NCBI GenBank assembly: GCA_028867145.1
Contig: JAGWGX010000002.1
Span: forward strand, 4,633 to 68,632
DNA from: Candidatus Micrarchaeota archaeon
Lineage (GTDB): Archaea; Micrarchaeota; Micrarchaeia; Micrarchaeales; CABMGC01
Length of the DNA: 64,000 bases
Direction: 5' to 3'
Part shown: positions 48,913 to 57,726 of the stretch, piece by piece
How positions within the stretch are numbered: the first letter of the stretch is position 1
How the letters are laid out: each line of letters opens with the position of its first letter
Translations under genes and position numbers: made by a program
Notes under the pieces: model-generated
The model's input: the letters and a program-made list of their open reading frames with translations, nothing else
What the model was told of the DNA's origin: nothing
Database searches by the model: none

Positions 48913-50411
48913 AAAACACCATACGAGTTTAATCTTTCCGCAATCTCAAGGGTGGATCTTGAGTTTTTGCACGTTTCGGCCAGGAAATTTGAGCGCTTCT
49001 TGAGCTCGCTAAATGCCTGCTCGATCTTGATCTGATTCCTCCTTGCGAAAAGTGTCAGGATCTTAGAATCGCGCAGAGGCTTTGGATTGAGTGTGGAGTT
49101 TTGAACAATCGGGGAGATTTTTACCATGTCATCGCCGACCTGTACCCCGTCACCCAATATTTCGGCCCTGCTAAGCCAGCTATACTCGCTAATCTCGCTG
49201 ATTGTGCGGTGATCTATTCCTCCTTGGCCCATCTGAATTGCTAGGTCGAGCGAGCTAATTGATTGTGTTTCAACGCTCATCGGCCTTACGATTAGTCTTT
49301 TAATCACGGAAATTCCGCCCTCATTTGCATGCATCGTGGTTAGAAAGGGTACACCAAAATTTGAGCCGCTGAAAAGCTCCCGGGCCTCTTCGCCTCTTAT
49401 CTCGCCTATAACTAGCAGATCTGGCCTCATCCTAAGTGCATTTATTGCCTGCTCCTTTGTATTCACCTGGTTTTTCTGTTTCGAGCCATATAGCGAGACG
49501 ATGTTTTGGACATTTGAGTAGAACTGGAACTCGTTCACATCTTCCTCTATCGTTATTACCCTCTTGTATCTAGGAACCATTGAGAGCAGTGAGGTGAGAA
49601 GCGTTGTTTTTCCGCTTGCGGGAGGCCCTGAGATTACAATATTTGCCCTGTTTTCAAGCGCAATCCAAAGATATGCGAGCGTCTCAAAGGTGGTAGTCTG
49701 GTTTGAGATTAGGGAGCTGATGTTTTTTTCCTTTCTGCCGCTTAACCTTATTGTTGCACAGGCACCATTTAGGGCATAGGGTCTTAGCTGCGCATGAACT
49801 CTTGCCCTGTCGACCTGGACATCTATTATCGGGCTTGAATCGCTTAGCTCCCTTTCTGATTCCAAGACAAACCTATTTATTGTCAGGCGGAAGCTTTCTT
49901 CGCTGTTAAATTTGAGATTGGTTTGGCATCGACCATATCTGGAATGGTAGACATAGATGGGAGTATTTGGGGAATTTATCTCGATTTCTTCTAAATTTGA
50001 TGAATCCTCGAGAAGCAGCGTAATGGGGCCATAGCCGATCGTATCGCATGCGACAAGCGCGCTTAAGACGCTAGCTTTTTCAAAGGGAAGTGTTTTAGCT
50101 AGCTCTGAGACGGCAATTTTTTCTGCATTTCCCAGCTCTGTGTAGTTTGGGTTAGGGAGTTCGCTTAGGAGGTCAATCACTATTGCCTTGGCAGTCCCTA
50201 TCAAATTGAGCTCATTTTGCTTAATCTGAGAAAAATCTGGAAAAAAGAGGTAAAAAGTTTGCTTTCCGGCCCTTACTATTTTCCTTTTGATTTTAAAATC
50301 TAGTTCCTCTTCAATTTTGTCGAAGTTAACCGATTCTATTGTGAAACTTAGGGGTATTAGTGTTCTTGTCCGTATTGAAATAGGTTTTTGCCAAAAATTT
50401 ATGTTTAGCAT
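48909..50411 (-). CDS. type II/IV secretion-family ATPase (FlaI/TadA/PilB-like)
   Basis: Walker A GPPASGKTT, VITIEEDVNE, Walker B/Asp box RMRPDLLVIGEIRGEEA, His box LTTMHAN. Confidence 0.88.
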   Translation of the reverse strand: MLNINFWQKPISIRTRTLIPLSFTIESVNFDKIEEELDFKIKRKIVRAGKQTFYLFFPDFSQIKQNELNLIGTAKAIVIDLLSELPNPNYTELGNAEKIAVSELAKTLPFEKASVLSALVACDTIGYGPITLLLEDSSNLEEIEINSPNTPIYVYHSRYGRCQTNLKFNSEESFRLTINRFVLESERELSDSSPIIDVQVDRARVHAQLRPYALNGACATIRLSGRKEKNISSLISNQTTTFETLAYLWIALENRANIVISGPPASGKTTLLTSLLSMVPRYKRVITIEEDVNEFQFYSNVQNIVSLYGSKQKNQVNTKEQAINALRMRPDLLVIGEIRGEEARELFSGSNFGVPFLTTMHANEGGISVIKRLIVRPMSVETQSISSLDLAIQMGQGGIDHRTISEISEYSWLSRAEILGDGVQVGDDMVKISPIVQNSTLNPKPLRDSKILTLFARRNQIKIEQAFSELKKRSNFLAETCKNSRSTLEIAERLNSYGVL

Positions 50412-50530
50412 AATATCATTTGGATACTAAAATATCTTTTCTTATACTAGAATATACAAAATAAGATATTTATACCTTCGTAAATTATCCTCAAAAAAAT
50501 AAATTTTGTTTAGCCACATACAGCAAATAT

Positions 50531-50544
50531 ATCTTTATAAAGAT
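50531..50544. promoter_or_regulatory. perfect 14-bp palindrome overlapping TATA-like box of the wHTH gene
   Basis: ATCTTTATAAAGAT is its own reverse complement. It is centred about 27 nt upstream of ATG 50565. Confidence 0.4.
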
Positions 50545-50564
50545 TGACGAGCAATGTATAAACT

Positions 50565-50894
50565 ATGTCAGGGAAGGAAAAGGAGAAGGATGAGATTTGG
50601 AAGGTTCGAAAGCTAATGAGCAGGCCAAACTACGCCGTTCTCAAGCTACTTATGGAGAAGTCGCCGAGGACAACCCGCGAGCTATACCAGAAGCTCGGCG
50701 ACCACTTCACAAGAAAGACGCTGATCATAACGCTGCGCGATCTCTCAATGCAGCTAAATGTCCTTCAGCCGACCCACATAAGGACGGACCGGGGATACGG
50801 CCTTGGTTATAGCATAAACCCAAAGCTAAAGGACGTCATAAAGAATGTTGAGAAGTTCGAGAAGATAGTCGAAAGTCTCGAGAAGTCAGGCTGA
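50565..50894 (+). CDS. winged helix-turn-helix transcriptional regulator (ArsR/PadR-like)
   Basis: NYAVLKLLMEKSPRTTRELYQKLGDHFTRKTLIITLRDL is a wHTH pattern. Divergent from the pilus-like operon. Confidence 0.55.
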   Translation: MSGKEKEKDEIWKVRKLMSRPNYAVLKLLMEKSPRTTRELYQKLGDHFTRKTLIITLRDLSMQLNVLQPTHIRTDRGYGLGYSINPKLKDVIKNVEKFEKIVESLEKSG

Positions 50895-50898
50895 TTAT

Positions 50899-51990
50899 TC
50901 AACGCTTTGCTTTAACTAATTTTGCTGCCTTGTCCTTTGCCTCACCGCTTTTGAGCGTCAGGAACATCACCACGTATATTATGAATACCCCAAGCGCTAG
51001 AAGCAAAAGGGAGAGATAAGCGCTAGATAGCCTTGTGAATGGGAGTGCTAGGCCAAGGGCTATGCAGATGAACGCGAAGATCGGAGGAATCGCTGGAAGT
51101 GGCCTTTGGTATCTTCGTAGAAATAGCATTGTGGCGACAAGCCCGAATGCTCCCCCTGTTGCAATCGCAACGCTAAGGAAGTAGCTTGAGAGCACAGGGT
51201 AGGCGCTGACCGCAAACATGAGCGGGAGTCCAAGGTCGCCCGCGCCAAGCTGAATTTGCGCAATTACGGGAACGTATCCGTCCTTTAGAATTTTCTGGAT
51301 GGTAGGATTCTCAATCTTGCGGATCTCATCATAATGCTTTTGGAAGTTCTTTCCCTCGCTTCTCTTTAGCGCCTCCTTTGACTCGACCTCAATGTCGGAG
51401 GCAGTCACCAGGAATGCAAGGTTGCGGCTGGAGAGCGCCTTTGCAAAGACGACCATGTGCTTTGTCACGAAGACCGCGACATAGTCGTATGCAGCGATAA
51501 GCAACATGAAGAGGAACGCAGCGCCAAATCCAAAGCTAAGCCCCAGCACTACTCCAAGGCCGATGCTAGAGATTACCACAACGATATTTTTGATGGAAGG
51601 CCTGTAGTTCTTTGTCAAGATCACCCCAATTCCAAGTGCAAGGCAGATTATTCCAAGTGTCGTGAAGTCAAGCGCTGGGAAAAGGGAGCCTAAAAGTATC
51701 GTGAAGAAGAAAAATGAGGTCGAGACTACTGTGAACGCCTCAAGGAGCTTGAAGACAAGCTCCCCTTTGTAGAAGCGTATCACAAGCAAGAGCAGGATTG
51801 CAAAGAAAAGTATTGCGGCAAAGTAGGTGATCGCCTGCCCTGTTGAGCTTATCGGCGCTCCGCCGCTTGCCGCAAGCGCGGGCAGGGCGGATGAGAAGAC
51901 AAGCGAGGCAAGCAGAAGCCCGCCGAACTGCGTCAGCAAAAATAGGGCTAGTATGTGCACAAGCTGCCTGTTCTCGATTCGCATCAGCAC
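50899..51990 (-). CDS. presenilin/signal-peptide-peptidase homologue (GxGD intramembrane aspartyl protease, A22-like)
   Basis: About 9 TM helices. YD motif LLIAAYDYVAVFVTKHMV, GxGD motif QLGAGDLGLPLMF, PAL-like RPLPAIPP. Confidence 0.75.
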   Translation of the reverse strand: MLMRIENRQLVHILALFLLTQFGGLLLASLVFSSALPALAASGGAPISSTGQAITYFAAILFFAILLLLVIRFYKGELVFKLLEAFTVVSTSFFFFTILLGSLFPALDFTTLGIICLALGIGVILTKNYRPSIKNIVVVISSIGLGVVLGLSFGFGAAFLFMLLIAAYDYVAVFVTKHMVVFAKALSSRNLAFLVTASDIEVESKEALKRSEGKNFQKHYDEIRKIENPTIQKILKDGYVPVIAQIQLGAGDLGLPLMFAVSAYPVLSSYFLSVAIATGGAFGLVATMLFLRRYQRPLPAIPPIFAFICIALGLALPFTRLSSAYLSLLLLALGVFIIYVVMFLTLKSGEAKDKAAKLVKAKR

Positions 51991-51998
51991 GCTAACAC

Positions 51999-54059
51999 CT
52001 ACTCTTCATCGTGCTTTACTATTTTTAAGATGCCAGGCTTAGGGCTGTACACGTCGCCTATTCGCTCGAGCTCGTTTATGTACTTGGTGGTGCTCGCCCT
52101 GTCGACCCCCTCTTTCTCAGCCTCCTCAAGGATGCTTGTCAGCTTGGCGTAGCCATCCTGGGCCTCAAGCCTCTTTATTATCGTGATTATCGAGTTGATC
52201 TTGGTCACTTTCTCCCTTGGCATTCCGGTGAGTATCGTGTCGATGTCCCTTCTGCCTCCCCTGTCGACCGCAAGCGTCCTTAACATGAACTCAAAGAGGC
52301 TGATCGCAAGCTCCGCGTCCTTTAGGTCAATTACGCCAGAGAGCCTCGTCTTTGCGCTCGCCTCCGCCATACGAATTAGTCCCTCAATTTGCCTTGGGGT
52401 AATCGGGGTTGCTCCTGATTTCATGCCGAGCTTTCTGAGGTCAAGGTAGTAAGCCTCGATCCTGCTTGTCGCCTCAGGAGTGAGCCTTGGCCTCACATTC
52501 TTCTTTGCGTATGCAACGTACTTTCGAAGTATCTCAGATGCAATCGGTGGTGCCTCGACCTGCAGGTAATCTTTCATGTCCGCAAGCGATGCACCCGCAG
52601 CCTCGTGCTGGGTGAGGATGTGCTTTGCAATCTTTCTGTCCTGCTCCTCATCGAGAACGTCCTTGATTGGGAAAATCAGGTCAAATCTTGAAAGCAGTGC
52701 TGGTGGAATATCAAACTGCTCCGCAGGGTATGTGTTTGGGTCAAACCTTCCAAACTTCGGGTTTGCCGCGGCGAGCACGGAGGTCTTTGCCTGGAACCTT
52801 GCGACTATTCCTGCCTTTGCGACGCTGATCGTCTGGGATTCAAGGGCCTCGAGAAGCGAGGACTTGTCCTCATCTCCGATCTTGTCGAACTCGTCGATTG
52901 AGACCTCTCCGCCAGAACCAAGGACGAGTGCTCCTGCCTTGAGAGTCCATCCCCCCTCTGCAAACTCGTCTCGCTCCGCCGATGCGGTGAGTCCCGCGCC
53001 GCTGGTTGACTTTCCTGAAACGTAAATTCCTTTTGGCACAAGGCTGGTGACTGCCTGCAAGAGCCTGGTCTTAGCCGAACCCGGGTCTCCGATTAGCAGA
53101 ATGTGTATGTCGCTTCTAATCGGCGCTCCATCAATTAATCTCTTGTCGGGAGTTCCGCTAAAGAGCTGAAGCGCAAGTGACTGCTTTATCTGGTCGTGGC
53201 CATAGATAGATGGGGCAATTGAGGTCGATATCTTCTCAAAGATCCTCGGGTCCTTTGCCATCTCCTGTATCGACTGCTCTTCCTCTTGTGAGATGTCTAT
53301 ATCCGCAAACTCCTTCTGCTTTGGCTTGAGTGATACGCAATCAAAGAACATCGTGAATAGGGTCTTGTCCTCCTTTCCCCTTGAGGTCTTTCTTGGCCTG
53401 ATTCTAAGTATTCCGGTTATGTCAACCCTGTCTCCAGGAATTATCGTATTGACAAGGTCGTCTGCGAGCCAGACCTCAAGCTGCCAAGTAGGGGTGCTTC
53501 CCTTGAGCCTCTCAAGTGGGTCCTGCACCGCGATTCGCTGCAGGTTTATGAACTCCGATTCCTCGTTGACCTGCCTCATTGCCCTTCTTCTGCACTGTGG
53601 GCAGATCTCCGGCACATTATCCTTTTCGATAAGTATCTTTACGACAGAGTTGCAAAACGAGCACCTGAAGACTCCAAGATTTACCTTAGGCGTTATCTCG
53701 GATCTCTTTACTACGAGCGAGTCTAGGATCAAAAGTTTCCCTATATTTTGAGAGCCGACATCCTGAATCATTATCCCGTCGCTGTCAAGCCCGAGGAACC
53801 TTGCATAGACCGGGTCTGTCGCATCGGAGTTTGGGTTCATTGAGGCAAGCGCCTGGTTTGCTGTAGGAAGAATTGTATCGGGTTTGTTTATGAGCTCGGT
53901 CACAAGATCCGAGTCGAACTTCTGCAGGTCCTTGATGTCAACTAGGATGCTTCTCTTCTTTGGGTAGCTAATGTACATGCTGTTTACATGGTCCAAGTAG
54001 TAGGCGTTGTAGAACTCGACAAACTTGTTCTTTAGATCAGCGCTCTCGATTGCGTCCAT
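51999..54059 (-). CDS. mcm: MCM replicative helicase
   Basis: Zn finger CSFCNS...CPQCRRR, Walker A LLIGDPGSAKT, Walker B SIDEFDK, arginine finger SRFDL, C-terminal wH. Confidence 0.95.
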   Translation of the reverse strand: MDAIESADLKNKFVEFYNAYYLDHVNSMYISYPKKRSILVDIKDLQKFDSDLVTELINKPDTILPTANQALASMNPNSDATDPVYARFLGLDSDGIMIQDVGSQNIGKLLILDSLVVKRSEITPKVNLGVFRCSFCNSVVKILIEKDNVPEICPQCRRRAMRQVNEESEFINLQRIAVQDPLERLKGSTPTWQLEVWLADDLVNTIIPGDRVDITGILRIRPRKTSRGKEDKTLFTMFFDCVSLKPKQKEFADIDISQEEEQSIQEMAKDPRIFEKISTSIAPSIYGHDQIKQSLALQLFSGTPDKRLIDGAPIRSDIHILLIGDPGSAKTRLLQAVTSLVPKGIYVSGKSTSGAGLTASAERDEFAEGGWTLKAGALVLGSGGEVSIDEFDKIGDEDKSSLLEALESQTISVAKAGIVARFQAKTSVLAAANPKFGRFDPNTYPAEQFDIPPALLSRFDLIFPIKDVLDEEQDRKIAKHILTQHEAAGASLADMKDYLQVEAPPIASEILRKYVAYAKKNVRPRLTPEATSRIEAYYLDLRKLGMKSGATPITPRQIEGLIRMAEASAKTRLSGVIDLKDAELAISLFEFMLRTLAVDRGGRRDIDTILTGMPREKVTKINSIITIIKRLEAQDGYAKLTSILEEAEKEGVDRASTTKYINELERIGDVYSPKPGILKIVKHDEE

Positions 54060-54260
54060 GCCTATACCCCCAGAGAAGTCGTAGAGTTATGTTACCACAT
54101 TAGGGTTTAAAAGGAATAAAACGGCTGACCGAAACTTCCACTAAAAGGCTAATTTTGGGGCTAAATGAGGCCTAATCTCACCAAGTAATAAAAATAATGG
54201 TATCCCAATAGTGTTATACACAAAACATGCTGATTTTGAGGGCGTAAAAAGGCATTTTAG

Positions 54261-55784
54261 GTGTTGATGATTGAAATGAATTCTCGCAAATTTTACATTA
54301 CAACCGCAATTCCGTACGTGAATGCGGCACCGCATATAGGACACGCCCTTGAGTTCATACAAGCGGACGCAATTGCAAGACACAGGAAGGTGAACGGATA
54401 CGATGTCTTCCTGACAACGGGAGCTGATGAGAACAGTCTCAAGAATGTGCAGGCTGCAGAGAAACTTAAGATCACTCCGGAGGAGCTGACCAAAAGGAAC
54501 GCACAGGCTTTTTCGCAGATGGCAGACAAGGTGAATCTTCACTACGATGCGTTTGTGCGTTCATCAATTAGGGAGGAGCACTGGCCGGGGGTCGAGAAGA
54601 TCTGGGAGCTGTGTAACAAGTCGGGGGACATTTACAAAAAGTCGTACAGCGGGCTCTACTGCGTCGGATGCGAGCTCTTCTACACGGAAAAGGAGCTTGA
54701 AAATGGGCTGTGCCCGGAGCACAAGACAAGGCCGGAGCTAGTTGAGGAGGAGAACTACTTCTTTAGACTCTCAAAGTACCAAAAGCAAATCGAGGAGCTT
54801 ATATCAAGTGGCAAGCTCAAGATAATTCCAGACAACAGGAAGAACGAGGTCTTGACATTTATTAGGGAGGGGCTTGAGGACTTTAGCATCTCAAGGTCGG
54901 TGAAGAGGGCAAGGGGATGGGGGGTTCCAGTGCCTGGAGATTCGTCGCAGATAGTTTACGTCTGGTTTGACGCTCTCGGACTTTATCTTACCGCAATTGG
55001 GTACGGCAAGGACGAGGTGCGGTTCAAGAAGTGGTGGCCGGCAAATGTTCACGTCATCGGAAAGGGAATAATCAAGTTTCATGCACTCTACTGGCCGGGA
55101 ATCTTGCTTTCCGCAGGGATTGCGCTACCCGAATCCATACTTGTGCATGGATACGTAACTGCAGAGGGGCAGAAGATGAGCAAGAGTATCGGAAACATAG
55201 TTGACCCAATCCCGCTGATAGAAAAATATGGAACTGACAAGCTCAGGTACTACCTTCTCAAAGAGATACCGACCTTTGAGGATGGAAACTTCGCTGAAAA
55301 GAACCTTGAGGAGTGCATAAACAACGAACTTGTTGGCAACCTTGGGAACTTCATACACAGAACGCTCACGTTTGTATGGACCAAATACGCCGGATCGATT
55401 AAAAAATTTGAGTTGACTCCCGAAGAGATGGTCTTCATAAAAAATATATCTTCAAAGGCGCAGGAGGTCGATGTGCTGCTCCTTGAAAACAAGCTCAGGG
55501 AGGGAATGCTCAAGATACTTGAGATTGGGAATGATGCAAACAGGTACTTTCAGGCAAATGCGCCATGGGAAATAATAAAGACGGACAAGGAGAAAGCTGA
55601 GAGGATTATGTTTGTTTGCACGAATGTTTGCAGGATAGTTAGCGGACTGCTCTATCCATTCCTTCCAGAGTCCTCAGAAAAGCTGCTCGCATTACAAAAT
55701 GAGAAGCCGATGGATTTTGCAAGGCTGCTTGGGATCAAGGCGGCGAAAATAAACGAGCCGCACATCGTCTTTGATAAGATATAG
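54261..55784 (+). CDS. metG: methionyl-tRNA synthetase (core only, no C-terminal tRNA-binding domain)
   Basis: PYVNAAPHIGHALE (HIGH), Zn knuckle CVGCE...CPEH, KMSKSIGN. Start is GTG 54261, ATG 54267 or ATG 54276. Confidence 0.93.
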   Translation: MLMIEMNSRKFYITTAIPYVNAAPHIGHALEFIQADAIARHRKVNGYDVFLTTGADENSLKNVQAAEKLKITPEELTKRNAQAFSQMADKVNLHYDAFVRSSIREEHWPGVEKIWELCNKSGDIYKKSYSGLYCVGCELFYTEKELENGLCPEHKTRPELVEEENYFFRLSKYQKQIEELISSGKLKIIPDNRKNEVLTFIREGLEDFSISRSVKRARGWGVPVPGDSSQIVYVWFDALGLYLTAIGYGKDEVRFKKWWPANVHVIGKGIIKFHALYWPGILLSAGIALPESILVHGYVTAEGQKMSKSIGNIVDPIPLIEKYGTDKLRYYLLKEIPTFEDGNFAEKNLEECINNELVGNLGNFIHRTLTFVWTKYAGSIKKFELTPEEMVFIKNISSKAQEVDVLLLENKLREGMLKILEIGNDANRYFQANAPWEIIKTDKEKAERIMFVCTNVCRIVSGLLYPFLPESSEKLLALQNEKPMDFARLLGIKAAKINEPHIVFDKI

Positions 55785-55792
55785 GTCGTTTG

Positions 55793-56212
55793 ATGGCAAA
55801 GGTCGTGCTTGCATTTGGATCATTTGACATACTTCACCCAGGACACCTCTTATATCTTGAAAAGGCAAAGAGGCTGGGCGACAAGCTTGTTGTCGTGATT
55901 GCGCGCGATGAGAGCATAAAGATGTTCAAGGGAAAGGCACCTTTCTTCAATCAAGCAGATAGGGCACGCATGATCGGCTCGCTAAAGATAGTCGACAAGG
56001 CGGTAGTCGGGAACAAACTGAAAAAACCTTCAGACAGATACAATATAATAAAAAAATACAGGCCGTCGATCATAGTTTTCGGTTATGACCAGAAGGTAAA
56101 CGTGCCCCATCTTGAAGAGTGGCTTGTAGCAAATAAGTTGGGGGCAAAAATTGTCAGGATAAAGGCAAAAGAGGACCCTCGCAAGTACAAGAGCTCAAAG
56201 GTCAAATTCTAA
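55793..56212 (+). CDS. ribL: cytidylyltransferase-fold FAD synthetase (RibL-like)
   Basis: VLAFGSFDILHPGHLLYLEKAKRLGDKLVVVIARDE closely resembles archaeal RibL. Confidence 0.7.
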   Translation: MAKVVLAFGSFDILHPGHLLYLEKAKRLGDKLVVVIARDESIKMFKGKAPFFNQADRARMIGSLKIVDKAVVGNKLKKPSDRYNIIKKYRPSIIVFGYDQKVNVPHLEEWLVANKLGAKIVRIKAKEDPRKYKSSKVKF

Positions 56213-56752
56213 TCAGGAGTACTTTCCAGTTATTGAGGCAATTTCCTGCGTCACCGCGCCGTATCCCGAGATTGTGTAGTTTAGCCAGATATAACCAAAG
56301 AATGCGTTGCCAAGTGCGCCTGTTGCCTTTCCTCCCCCATTGTAGCAGTACATCTTAACGGTCTCAGAAGTTGTGGTCGGCAGGTTCGTTATTATGTTTG
56401 CTGGGTCGTAGTTAGCCGGATAGAAGATCGTGTTTGACTTGGTGTAGATGTTTCCGTACCTTGGCTTGTCACCGGTGCTATTCTTTTGCGATGAGCATGA
56501 GAGCCCCTGGATTGTTATTGTTCCGCCCGTTGCCTGCGCAAAAGTAAACGTGAGAATCCCCGTGGTGGCGTTGATTGAGTACTGGCTGCAGGAAAATCCA
56601 GGAAGCGCAGAGCAAGATGGCGGGATAATTAGAGGATTTAGCAGCCCGGTCTTGAAGATCACGGCTATCGCTATGAGTATTACCATGAACGCTATCCCGT
56701 AGGAAAGCATGAAATCGACTGCGGCCTGCGCGCGGTTTGTTACACGATGCAT
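56213..56752 (-). CDS. type IV pilin-like secreted protein
   Basis: MHRVTNRAQAAVDFMLSYGIAFMVILIAIAVIF (basic leader, Q-x-A-x-D, hydrophobic helix), then a Cys/Gly/Thr-rich beta-type domain. Start is 3 nt after the rps2 stop. Confidence 0.65.
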   Translation of the reverse strand: MHRVTNRAQAAVDFMLSYGIAFMVILIAIAVIFKTGLLNPLIIPPSCSALPGFSCSQYSINATTGILTFTFAQATGGTITIQGLSCSSQKNSTGDKPRYGNIYTKSNTIFYPANYDPANIITNLPTTTSETVKMYCYNGGGKATGALGNAFFGYIWLNYTISGYGAVTQEIASITGKYS

Positions 56753-56755
56753 CTC

Positions 56756-57376
56756 TTACTTCGCCTTCATCTCGACTTTTGCTTCGAAGTCCGAGACCTT
56801 GTATTTGAAGTCGTCGTTTGATTTTATTAAGCCTTTCTCTTTCATGTACTCCCTTGCGAGTAGGAAGTAGACGAGCGCAAGAGACCTTCTTCCCTTGTTG
56901 TTGCATGGAATTATCAGGTCAACGAACTTGATCCAGTTGTCCGTGTCCGAGAGCGCAATCACAGGGATGCTTGTCTTGCTCGCCTCCCTTATTGCCTGCC
57001 TCTCGTTCCTTGTGTCGCTCATGAGTATGATTCCAGGCTCCGTGTAATCAGCCCTGTTTGAGTTTGTGAATATTCCAGGCATAACCCTTCCCGGCATGAA
57101 CTTTGCGCCCACGATCTCCGCAAATTTTGATGCGGCGGAGATTGCGTAGATTCTAGATGCTGTGACCACTATCTCCTTTGGCTCGTATCTTGAAAGCATC
57201 TTTGCGGAGATTAGTATCCTCTGGTTGATCGTGTCGAGGTTTAGAAGGTAGAGCCCGTCCTCTCTTATCTTGTAGATGAACTGCTTCATCCCTGGGGACT
57301 TTGTCTTTGTGCCGATGTGTATTCCTACCTCTAGGTACTCTGCATTTTCCGTGAGTAATTCATTTTCGTTTGCCAT
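56756..57376 (-). CDS. rps2: 30S ribosomal protein S2 (uS2)
   Basis: ELLTENAEYLEVGIHIGTKTK...IPVIALSDTD. ATG 57376 is preceded by GGTG. The ORF stays open to GTG 57451, an alternative start. Confidence 0.92.
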   Translation of the reverse strand: MANENELLTENAEYLEVGIHIGTKTKSPGMKQFIYKIREDGLYLLNLDTINQRILISAKMLSRYEPKEIVVTASRIYAISAASKFAEIVGAKFMPGRVMPGIFTNSNRADYTEPGIILMSDTRNERQAIREASKTSIPVIALSDTDNWIKFVDLIIPCNNKGRRSLALVYFLLAREYMKEKGLIKSNDDFKYKVSDFEAKVEMKAK

Positions 57377-57513
57377 TTTCTGCACCATGAATGTGGGGTC
57401 GCCGAGATTTTCAGTTTCCTTTTGAACTCGGGTCTTATGCTCCCTAAGCACAGAGCCTAACCAAGCTAGCAGACGACCCCAACATAGTTTATTGTCATAT
57501 TGTTATTTTATAC

Positions 57514-57714
57514 CTACTTTCTCCCATAGCTGATTATGTCGTCAATTAGGTCGACATTGCTAATCAGCATTCTCCTGCAGCAGTACCTCTTGATCTTGAG
57601 GTCGTCTAGCACCTTTGCGGCCTCCTCGTGGTTCTTGTTGACTCTCTTGTCATACTCCTCCCACTTGTCGGAGATTACCTGTCCGCATGAGAAACATCTT
57701 ACTGGGATCATCAT
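57514..57714 (-). CDS. rpoN: RNA polymerase subunit N (Rpo10)
   Basis: [21 protein letters not shown]...KRYCCRRML. Confidence 0.93.
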   Translation of the reverse strand: MMIPVRCFSCGQVISDKWEEYDKRVNKNHEEAAKVLDDLKIKRYCCRRMLISNVDLIDDIISYGRK

Positions 57715-57726
57715 AGTATCATCGTT

